Source: Mycolicibacterium smegmatis (lineage in GTDB: Bacteria; Actinomycetota; Actinomycetes; Mycobacteriales; Mycobacteriaceae). From it: a stretch of 32,000 nt of DNA. Made by a program: the position numbers and the translations under genes. Shown here piece after piece: positions 17,925 through 25,792 of this stretch (within the stretch, counting starts at the first letter, position 1; each line of letters starts with the position of its first letter). Location: contig NZ_LN831039.1 in the NCBI RefSeq assembly GCF_001457595.1, positions 1,380,001 to 1,412,000 on the forward strand, in the 5' to 3' direction. Below the pieces are notes generated by a model. The model was not told the DNA's origin, searched no databases, and saw nothing but the letters and a program-made list of their open reading frames with translations.

Positions 17925-19879
17925 AGGGTGGGGGAGACAAAGCGCTGGAACTCGAGGATGAGCGGACAGCGCAGAAGAAGTACAGGAACATCCTGCGCGA
18001 ACGTGCCTCAACACCACCTGTCTTCGACGGGCCCGCGAACGCGAATTGGACTCGTAGTGGTGTGCCCAAAGCTCCCAAAGCGGGTGACGGCGAACTCATT
18101 GGCCGCGTAGCGCTAGTGCGGTCGGATGACGAAGTGCTGGACGGAGGCGCCGACTTCTACATCGGTGAAACACACGCGAAGATCAACGATGTCAATGTCT
18201 TTGGGTGGTCGAACCCAATCGCGTGCACCTTCTTCCGAGGATCGGACCATCACTACCTGTGCGAACAGGTCGCCGTAGTCCGGTCATTTCATGTCCGCGA
18301 CCGCCATATCGTCGACTTCAGTGACGAGGTGGTGCGCACTGATGCTCCTGCGAAGCCGTTCAGGAAACAGGGACTCTCTGTCCCTGCTCCGCCGCGACCG
18401 CCGAAGGTGCCCCGCCCCCGTCCTGCCCACCCCGATGCAAAGCAGTCGGAAACCGTCGAGGACGAAATCCGGCACCCGGCTATCGCAGAATCGTCGACAC
18501 CGACCCAGCCTGGTCCCAGTGACCAGTCGGCTGAGTTGCCTCCCGTTCGGGCGGAGGAGTTGCTTCGACAGCGCCTCAGTGCGCCGCGGACGAGAAGCCT
18601 TGCGCCTGTGCTCAGTACGCTGCAGCCTGACCAGTATGACCTGGTAACCATCCCCGCCATGGACAGCGTGATCATCGAAGGCCAACCTGGTACCGGCAAG
18701 ACCATCGTGGCATCACACAGGGCCGCGTACCTGGTCAACGACGAGACACCACCTGAGAACACGCTGGATGGAACAGTACTTGTCGTCGGCCCAACGGAGG
18801 GCTACTCCCGTCACGTGCGTGACGTGATCGATCGTTTGGCTGGACCCACCGATCGGATCAAGGTGATGTCGTTGCCCGAACTGATAAACCACATAATCGG
18901 AGTGGCCCAGCCGGCACGTTCTCTTTACTCTCAGACTTGGCAGGATGTCGACTGGCGGCTGGTGCGGTTCGCGCGCCTGGCGCTTAGGAGATTAAAGGCC
19001 GCGAACGAGTGGACACCGACGCCGGAACGCGTCTACGAATACGTTCGGAGAAATGCGGCAGACATCGCCTCGGAGGGCGAGTGGTCTCGCTATCTTCTGC
19101 ACCTGCCACCGTATAAGGAGGCGATTAAGGATGGGATTCACGGTCCACTCGTGGCCTTCATCCACTGGGAGGTCTCAAAGCCTCGCGATCTGGTCCAGGT
19201 CGAGCATGTCATCGTCGATGAAGCCCAGGACGTGACCTCCCTTGAGTGGCTGTTGTTGGACGAGATCAACGAAGCGGATGCCTGGACGATTCTCGGAGAC
19301 TTGAATCAGCGGCGGTCCGACCATACGCTCACCAGCTGGTCGCAAGTCCTGGAGGTCATCGCGATAGACCCGGATACGCCGATCCATCGGATGAAGCGGG
19401 GGTATCGGTCGACCAAGCCTATTCTTGAGTTCGGGAATCGGTTGCTCCCCCGTGATCAGCGTAAGTCCTACGCGTTTCAGCAGATTGGTCCGGAGCCGCG
19501 GGTGCTCAGGGTGTCAGGCCGGGATCTGCCAGGGGCGACTGTCGATGAAGTTGAGCGTCTACTCGGTGATTACGAGAAGGGAACGGTGGCTGTGATCTGC
19601 ACGTCGCCAGACCAGATTACCAAGGTGTTGCGCACCCGAGGGTGGGCTAGGTCGACGGACGATGCCGTTGCGTGGGAACGGACGCCGCGCCGAGTGACGG
19701 TCAGCGTGATTGATGAAGCCCGCGGATTGGAGTTCGATGCCGTGGTTGTCGTCGAGCCGTCAGACTTTCAGGGCAACCTCGGGCGCCAAGGGCCGCTGTA
19801 TACCGCATTGACGCGCGCGAACCGAGAGCTCGTGGTCATTCACTCGAAATCTTTGCCTGAACGGTTGCGGAAGCGCTGA
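17921..19879 (+). CDS. HelD/UvrD-like superfamily-1 helicase (AAA_19/UvrD_C-type)
   Basis: ATG overlaps the SNF2 stop (ATGA), with GGAGAG 8 nt upstream. N-terminal segment FYIGETH...VFGWSNPIACTFFRG resembles the HelD/helicase IV N-terminus. Pro-rich linker PAPPRPPKVPRPRPAHP. Walker A GQPGTGKT, motif II VIVDEAQD, then ILGDLNQ, GYRST and ARGLEFDAVVVV...LYTALTRANREL. Confidence 0.8.
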   Translation: MKGGGDKALELEDERTAQKKYRNILRERASTPPVFDGPANANWTRSGVPKAPKAGDGELIGRVALVRSDDEVLDGGADFYIGETHAKINDVNVFGWSNPIACTFFRGSDHHYLCEQVAVVRSFHVRDRHIVDFSDEVVRTDAPAKPFRKQGLSVPAPPRPPKVPRPRPAHPDAKQSETVEDEIRHPAIAESSTPTQPGPSDQSAELPPVRAEELLRQRLSAPRTRSLAPVLSTLQPDQYDLVTIPAMDSVIIEGQPGTGKTIVASHRAAYLVNDETPPENTLDGTVLVVGPTEGYSRHVRDVIDRLAGPTDRIKVMSLPELINHIIGVAQPARSLYSQTWQDVDWRLVRFARLALRRLKAANEWTPTPERVYEYVRRNAADIASEGEWSRYLLHLPPYKEAIKDGIHGPLVAFIHWEVSKPRDLVQVEHVIVDEAQDVTSLEWLLLDEINEADAWTILGDLNQRRSDHTLTSWSQVLEVIAIDPDTPIHRMKRGYRSTKPILEFGNRLLPRDQRKSYAFQQIGPEPRVLRVSGRDLPGATVDEVERLLGDYEKGTVAVICTSPDQITKVLRTRGWARSTDDAVAWERTPRRVTVSVIDEARGLEFDAVVVVEPSDFQGNLGRQGPLYTALTRANRELVVIHSKSLPERLRKR

Positions 19880-19907
19880 TCGGCATCGTCTTTTCCCATG
19901 ATGACCG

Positions 19908-19932
19908 TTTGGCCTCAGTCATTAGAGCCAAA
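19908..19932. terminator. Imperfect hairpin between convergent genes
   Basis: tttggcctc-agtcatta-gagccaaa: an 8-bp stem with one bulge, 29 nt after the HelD-like stop. It overlaps the stop of the minus-strand ORF. No U-tract. Confidence 0.25.
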
Positions 19933-20279
19933 GCCGTTGACGCGCAGCTCGTCGACGTCGTTCGACGTGCCGGCTCCGAAGTTACGAGCCGTCTGAACTC
20001 GGATCCATCCTTCTGCCAAGGCGCGAATTTCGATCGCGTATCCGGTGCCCGTTGGGCTGATCTGCCAAGGTTCGATTCGCCGGTCGCGGAGGTCGGCTGC
20101 GTCGGGGGAACGTTCTTGTCGATGTACTCGATTGCGTCGTCGGGTTTGAAGCCGACTTCTGTCCACTTCTGCGCAACGGCCAGTGGTACGTCTGCGTCGG
20201 TGAGCGTCTGGGCGTCGACAGTGAAGAATCCTGGGCGCAGCCATTCGGTCGTGCCGGTTTGAGGTGAATTGGCGGTCAT
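19915..20279 (-). pseudogene. Hypothetical small gene, possibly frameshifted
   Basis: A plausible N-terminal part (MTANSPQTGTTEWLRPGFFTVDAQTL...DDAIEYIDKNVPP) in one frame continues plausibly in another (DAADLRDRRIEPWQISPTGTGYAIEIRALAEGWIRVQTARNFG...). The switch is at a C5 run near 20100-20108. No family recognised. Confidence 0.3.
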
Positions 20280-20591
20280 GTGGTCGGTGTGTGCCAAGGG
20301 ATAACAAGCCGCCGTCGGATCTTGGCAGGCCCCCGTATTGTCCGGCGAATGCCGATGATCCACTGTCGGATTGTGGACCTAACTGCCGCTCAACCGGAAC
20401 GACTGCCAGGAATTGCCGGTACCAAAGGGAGAAGCGAAGGGTCACAGTGTTGTGCTGTACTGCGTGTCGTGTTCGGCGCAGCGCAGTCCGGAATTCCCCT
20501 CATCCTCGAGCTCGTCGGGATACCGCTCCGCCAAAGGTTCGGTGAGGGTAGAAGAAAAAGGATATCTTCCGGGGTGAATGTGGACGAGTAA

Positions 20592-22886
20592 TTGGGTTCA
20601 GAGGAGGCGGACTTGACCGAAGCTCAGGTCGGAACGTTCGCGCGAAAAGCAGCGGTGGCCGTCGAAGCGGTCGGTCGGCAGCTCATCGAGGTGGGATTTG
20701 GTAGTGATGGTTCACTTCTGACTCCGGGTAAACCCGTGTGGACGACGGCGAACTTGGACGCACTTGCGCGGGATTACGTCGACAAGCCCGACACCGGGGG
20801 CGGCGGGTTCTTCGACAAGCTGAGCCACCAACTCGCCGGCGCCTCACCCGCGGTGGTGCAACTGTTCGCGGAGCTGCTGATCCTGAACGTGCTGCCGATC
20901 ATCAACGTCGGTGGCCCGCTCAAGGTAAAGCAGGTTCGGAGTGTCCTCGAGATGAGCAGCGAGCCGGTGGCCCTGCCGAGTGACGTCGAAGCCGCGCTAC
21001 TCGGTGGCGGAGTATTCCACGGTGGCCAAGCTTTCACCAGCTATCGGTGGGCGCAGCTCGCCTACCTCATCGAACTTGCGCGCCACCTCAAATCCCTTCC
21101 CGAGCAACGGCGGACTGAAGCGCTTGCTGACCCGCTGGTCTTCCGCGGCGAGGTTGGTGCGGTGCCGACCGGCCAGGGAGCGCAGCGGCAGTCCCTGTTG
21201 TACCTGGCTTTCCCGCACTTTTTCCTACCCGTTGTGAAAACCGAGCACCGCACGGCGCTGCGTGATGCATTCGCCGACGACTACCTCACCGATCCCTCGG
21301 GTGACGTGGACATCGACCTGGCGCGCATCTACGGCGCCATCACCGAGGCCGAGGGTGGGCACGTCGATCTATACGCCGAACCGTGGATTGACCGCTGGCA
21401 GAAGCCGTCGTCGCCGGGTCCCGAACCCACGGATAAGGTGCGACACGCGTGGAAAGTGCACGGCACCAACGTCAAAGGCCAGGACATGGTGCCGACCTGG
21501 CGGGCCAAGCAGTCGGTGTCCCTAGCGGCCAGCCTGCTGCGGCCCATTGACCCCGACGTAACCCGGGAGGAACTGAAGGCCTTCGTCGACGAGGACTACC
21601 GGTCGTCGGGTTATGCGGCTCGCCAGGAGAAGTTCGATGAGTTCTACACGTTCCTCAAGCGGATGCATCCCGACGACCTGGTGGTGACCGTCAGCCAGGG
21701 AATGGTGCACTTCGGGACCGTCACCGGGCCGGCCGAGTTCACCCCGAGCAGTGACGGGAGGTCGAACCTGCGTCGCTCGGTCAGATGGTTTGAGAATCCC
21801 TGCCCGTGGCCCGACATTCCCAGCGACATCGCTGCCCGTCTCAGTGCGCAGGGCGAGGTCCTCGACCTCAGTCAGCACCTGGAACAACTGCTGGCCCTGG
21901 CCGAACACAGACCGCAGCGACCCGGGCCAGCCGAGGCCCACCTGCCCAACGCCACCCAGGAGTTGGCCGACCGAATCCACGTCGGGTTGGACTGGCTGCA
22001 GGACTGCGTCGATCTGCTGCGGGAGCGCCGCCAGATCATCTTCTACGGTCCACCCGGAACCGGAAAGACCTACATCGCACAACAACTCGCCTGGCACGTC
22101 ACCGACAAGCCGAACGTCAAACTCGTCCAGTTCCACCCGGCCTACTCCTACGAGGACTTCTTCGAGGGCTTCCGACCGCAGGGCGAGGCGGGTGGGCAGA
22201 TCGGGTTCACCCTGAAGGCCGGCCCCCTGCGCTCGCTGGTCGACAAGGCCGCGCAGAATCCCGAAGCGGCCTACGTGCTCATCATCGACGAGATCAACCG
22301 CGGCAATCTGCCGAAGATCTTCGGCGAGTTGTACTTCCTGCTGGAGTACCGCGACCAGGCCATCGACCTAATGTACTCCTCCGACAGCGCCGAACCGTTC
22401 TCGCTGCCCAAGAACATCTTCGTGATCGGCACCATGAACACCGCCGACCGCTCCATTGCCCTGGTCGACGCCGCCCTGCGTCGGCGCTTCGCCTTCCTCC
22501 CGTTACACCCTTCGGAGGTGCCCACCCGCGGCATCCTGCGCCGCTGGCTAATAGCCAACGGATACGACACAAGGCTGGCCAACCTGCACGACGAACTCAA
22601 CTCCCGGATCAGCGACACCGACTTCAAGATCGGCCCTTCGTACTTCATGCGGAAGAAGATCACGACCGACCCCACCGGCAAGGCCCTAGAACTCATGTGG
22701 CGCACCGACATTCTGCCGCTGCTCGAGGAACACCACTTCGGGGACCGCAACATCGACGTCCCCGGCCGATACGGGCTAGCCGTGCTGCGCAAGAGCCTGG
22801 CCGCCAAGTCTGCGGTCGCGATCGACGACGAGTTGGCCGTACTTAATTCCGCTGACGACAATGCCGACACCGCTGATCCTCACTGA
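20592..22886 (+). CDS. mcrB: McrB-family AAA+ GTPase with a long (~470 aa) unassigned N-terminal region
   Basis: C-terminal module IIFYGPPGTGKTYIA...VQFHPAYSYEDFFEGFRP...VLIIDEINRGNLPKIFGELYFLLEYR...FVIGTMNTADRSIALVDAALRRRF (NTAD = McrB NxxD motif). The real start may be TTG at 20613, 6 nt after GAGGAGG. Confidence 0.85.
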   Translation: MGSEEADLTEAQVGTFARKAAVAVEAVGRQLIEVGFGSDGSLLTPGKPVWTTANLDALARDYVDKPDTGGGGFFDKLSHQLAGASPAVVQLFAELLILNVLPIINVGGPLKVKQVRSVLEMSSEPVALPSDVEAALLGGGVFHGGQAFTSYRWAQLAYLIELARHLKSLPEQRRTEALADPLVFRGEVGAVPTGQGAQRQSLLYLAFPHFFLPVVKTEHRTALRDAFADDYLTDPSGDVDIDLARIYGAITEAEGGHVDLYAEPWIDRWQKPSSPGPEPTDKVRHAWKVHGTNVKGQDMVPTWRAKQSVSLAASLLRPIDPDVTREELKAFVDEDYRSSGYAARQEKFDEFYTFLKRMHPDDLVVTVSQGMVHFGTVTGPAEFTPSSDGRSNLRRSVRWFENPCPWPDIPSDIAARLSAQGEVLDLSQHLEQLLALAEHRPQRPGPAEAHLPNATQELADRIHVGLDWLQDCVDLLRERRQIIFYGPPGTGKTYIAQQLAWHVTDKPNVKLVQFHPAYSYEDFFEGFRPQGEAGGQIGFTLKAGPLRSLVDKAAQNPEAAYVLIIDEINRGNLPKIFGELYFLLEYRDQAIDLMYSSDSAEPFSLPKNIFVIGTMNTADRSIALVDAALRRRFAFLPLHPSEVPTRGILRRWLIANGYDTRLANLHDELNSRISDTDFKIGPSYFMRKKITTDPTGKALELMWRTDILPLLEEHHFGDRNIDVPGRYGLAVLRKSLAAKSAVAIDDELAVLNSADDNADTADPH

Positions 22887-24063
22887 GGGAGGCCCAGCCC
22901 AGACCGTCGCACTCACCGGTGCGGAGTACCGCGCACTCAACGATCTGGGCATCGCCACCGTCACCCCGACGCTCGACGACGGACACTTCGACATCGTCGC
23001 CGCACGCAAGGTGGGCGCCGTCACCGTCGGGAACCACCAGATCATCGTGCGCCCGAAGATCACCAACCTGAATCGGGTGCTGTTCATGCTGGGCTACGCC
23101 CGAAACCCGCAGATCTGGCGCGACGAACCCATCCGGGTGGAGGCCGCCGACGAACTGCTGCCCGCGGTCGCGGAGGCATTCTCCCGCATCGCCAGCCACG
23201 CTGTGGAACAGGGCCTGCTACAGGGATACCGGACCATCACCGACGCACTCCCGGTGCTGCGCGGACGGGTCTTGGCCGGCGAGCAGATGAGCCGGCGCTA
23301 CGGACTACCGGTGCCCATCGCCGTCCAGTACGACGACTTCACCGTCGACATCGCCGAGAACCAATTGCTGGCGATGGCAACGCTGCGCCTGCTGACCGTG
23401 CCACGGATCAGCGACCCAGCACGACGATCACTGCAGCGGCTGCGCCGCACGCTGGGAGAGGTCTCGGTGCCACCGCCGGGAACGCCGACACCGCGGTGGC
23501 ACCCGAGTCGTCTCAACGTCCGCTACCACGCCGCACTGCGGCTTGCCGAGATCATTCTGGCGGCCGAATCCTTCGAACACCGCATCGGTAACGTGACGGT
23601 CACCGGATACATGTTCGACATGTGGAAGATCTTCGAAGATTTCGTCACCACCGCACTGTCGGAGTCGTTGAACCGCCTCGGCTGGCGATGCCAGCCGCAG
23701 GCGCCGTTGTATCTGGACGAGCAACGCCGCGTCGGCATGCAGCCCGACCTGCTGTGCCGGTACGACGACTCGAGGGTCGCGGTGGTCGATGCAAAGTACA
23801 AAGCGGAGCGGCCCGAGGGGTTCCCGAATGCCGACCTCTACCAGATGTTGGCCTATTGCACCGTGCTCAGCCTGCCTGAAGGTCATCTGATCTACGCCAA
23901 AGGGAACGAGAAAGGCAGGGTGCACACTGTGCAGCGGTCTGGTGTCACGATCCATTGTCGGGCACTGGATTTAGGGTTGGATCCGGCTGCGTTGTTGCGG
24001 CAGGTCGACCAGCTGGCCGTCCGAATAGCTAAGACAGGTGCGCTCGCAGATAGGAAGGAATAG
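22861..24063 (+). CDS. mcrC: McrC-family PD-(D/E)xK nuclease subunit
   Basis: Overlaps mcrB by 26 nt. Nuclease motif MQPDLLCRY...VAVVDAKYK...ADLYQMLAY. Confidence 0.8.
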   Translation: MPTPLILTEGGPAQTVALTGAEYRALNDLGIATVTPTLDDGHFDIVAARKVGAVTVGNHQIIVRPKITNLNRVLFMLGYARNPQIWRDEPIRVEAADELLPAVAEAFSRIASHAVEQGLLQGYRTITDALPVLRGRVLAGEQMSRRYGLPVPIAVQYDDFTVDIAENQLLAMATLRLLTVPRISDPARRSLQRLRRTLGEVSVPPPGTPTPRWHPSRLNVRYHAALRLAEIILAAESFEHRIGNVTVTGYMFDMWKIFEDFVTTALSESLNRLGWRCQPQAPLYLDEQRRVGMQPDLLCRYDDSRVAVVDAKYKAERPEGFPNADLYQMLAYCTVLSLPEGHLIYAKGNEKGRVHTVQRSGVTIHCRALDLGLDPAALLRQVDQLAVRIAKTGALADRKE

Positions 24064-24066
24064 GAA

Positions 24067-24774
24067 GTGGCCGAAGGAACAGCGTTCCGGCTCGACACCG
24101 TCGATATCGCAGTCGAGTCAGGCTGGCGATTTGAGCACACCAGTCGGATCGACGAATTCAACAAGGACGGCGTGGTCGTCACGGTGCACTACTCGGCGGA
24201 CGACGACATCACCAGCCTCACCAGATCGGGCAAGCGCAACGAGGACGAGGTTTACGGGCACGACTCAGCAGGAAAGCATGAGCGGCTGTGGATCTGGTTG
24301 ACGGGACGAGCGACTTGCGCCGCCAAGCCGGTGCCGTCCAACACATTTTCCATCGAGTATGGACAGGAGCCCGGTGGCTGGACGCTTGACGAATTCATTG
24401 AGGCGGTCGAACATCCGAGCGACCGTGCCTTCCTGATGCGATTGCTGGAGTTGGTGGCTGCAAATAGCCAGCTTCCCCGGCTGGGGCCGAAGAAACCTCT
24501 CGTTTTCGGAAAGAGGCCCGGTGGAGCAATGTTCGTCTATCCGTTTGGGCGTAGGCATCCGCCATTCAAGTTTTTCGTGAAGAACGGCCAACTGTCGATT
24601 GCAGGTTGTTGGACCGGATTTCCAGCAGTGAAAGGACATCGAGGTTTCGCAGCGCTGGCATCGATGCTTGACCTCGATGAGTGCGGTCCCGCGACGGCGG
24701 TTCCTGTCGCGGGTCTCGATGCGGACGAGATTTGGAAAGTCGGCGAGGCGGTCTCGCAAGCGATCAATACGTGA
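24067..24774 (+). CDS. Hypothetical protein coupled to mcrC (no family recognised)
   Basis: GTG start 3 nt after the mcrC stop, with GGAAGGAA upstream. 235-aa ORF with ordinary amino-acid composition. No motif I can name. Confidence 0.55.
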   Translation: MAEGTAFRLDTVDIAVESGWRFEHTSRIDEFNKDGVVVTVHYSADDDITSLTRSGKRNEDEVYGHDSAGKHERLWIWLTGRATCAAKPVPSNTFSIEYGQEPGGWTLDEFIEAVEHPSDRAFLMRLLELVAANSQLPRLGPKKPLVFGKRPGGAMFVYPFGRRHPPFKFFVKNGQLSIAGCWTGFPAVKGHRGFAALASMLDLDECGPATAVPVAGLDADEIWKVGEAVSQAINT

Positions 24775-25242
24775 AAACACGCGAGTTATCACAGGGAAGG
24801 CGGACAACGATTTCTGGTCGGCCGCGGCCCCTCGAGGCTAGGTCCCGGGCCGGCTCGCCGAACGGCCATGGCGCGAAAAGAACCCACCACGTTGAGCGCC
24901 AGCCGTGGTTTCGGCCATGCATAGATACGATCTTCGTTGGCAACAGACTTGAGTTCTGTTCGGGCATTTACGACGAAATCGCGCACGATCGGGGCGAATA
25001 CGGAGAAGTCGGAAGAGTCACCGACCTGCCCAACGTTCCCCAACCATATCTGGGGTTCGTTCTTTCTCGGCGGGAGGGCGAGTACGTGTTCGGTTCCCCA
25101 CGTCTGCGGATTTCGTGGCGTCGCCCTTCGAAAAGACCACGCCACGGCGCCTCGATTGTGAAGTGATGTCCGTAGGAACCAGAGCCGCATCGCACGCGAT
25201 CTTCGTGAGATCTCCGTTGATGATGAAGACATGCCCGCTCAC
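24764..25242 (-). pseudogene. Macro-like domain ORF, degraded by frameshifts (possibly once fused to the upstream ankyrin ORF)
   Basis: Frame 0 reads GHVFIINGDLTKIACDAALVPTD (macro N-terminal GDxTK...DAxV pattern). Sensible sequence then continues in another frame (SLHNRGAVAWSF...EHVLALPP...IWLGNVG...RLALNVVGS), and possibly in a third (FGEPARDLA...EIVVRLP). Confidence 0.35.
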
Positions 25243-25252
25243 GGGCGAAAGG

Positions 25253-25792
25253 TTAAACAACGCGCCCGTGATGTGAAAGAGGTATGGCGAGGATCGGCGG
25301 ATACCGCAGGACCGCACGGGGATCAAGGCCGTCGTAGAGCACGCCCTTGATACGACCGTCGATCACCTCTGCGAGATGACGATCCAGCGCCTGAACTCGG
25401 TGCGGCGGCAGGGGAGCAGAAGGTGGCAGGAGCACCTCACACAGGGCGTCCACCGACTGCCCAGTGGTGGCGTGTCGCTCCATCGCCACGTCGTAGGCGG
25501 TGCGTCCCCGAGAGTCCGTCTGCGTGCGCAGCGCCCCGCGGTCAATCAGTTCCTGCGCGACCTCGGCGGAGACACCGTGCCACGCGGCCTGGTGCAGCAC
25601 CGTGAACCACGTGGTCCCGCCGGGTCGCCACCAGTTGACCTGTGCGTCTTCATCGAGCATCCGGAACACCGTCGACCATTCGCCCATCTTCGCCGCGTCG
25701 GCCAGACGGTGACCGGCTGCGACGACGGAGTCGATCAGTTGGGCCGGATTCAACACGCCGTTCCACACGAAGTCTCCACCATCGTCAGCCAT
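25253..25792 (-). CDS. Ankyrin-repeat protein
   Basis: 179 aa. WFTVLHQAAWHGVSAEVAQELIDRGALRTQTDSRGRTAYDVAMERH fits the ANK consensus (TxLHxAA..G....v..Ll..GA....D..G.TA.d.A). The ATG overlaps the upstream stop (ATGGCTGA). Confidence 0.65.
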   Translation of the reverse strand: MADDGGDFVWNGVLNPAQLIDSVVAAGHRLADAAKMGEWSTVFRMLDEDAQVNWWRPGGTTWFTVLHQAAWHGVSAEVAQELIDRGALRTQTDSRGRTAYDVAMERHATTGQSVDALCEVLLPPSAPLPPHRVQALDRHLAEVIDGRIKGVLYDGLDPRAVLRYPPILAIPLSHHGRVV

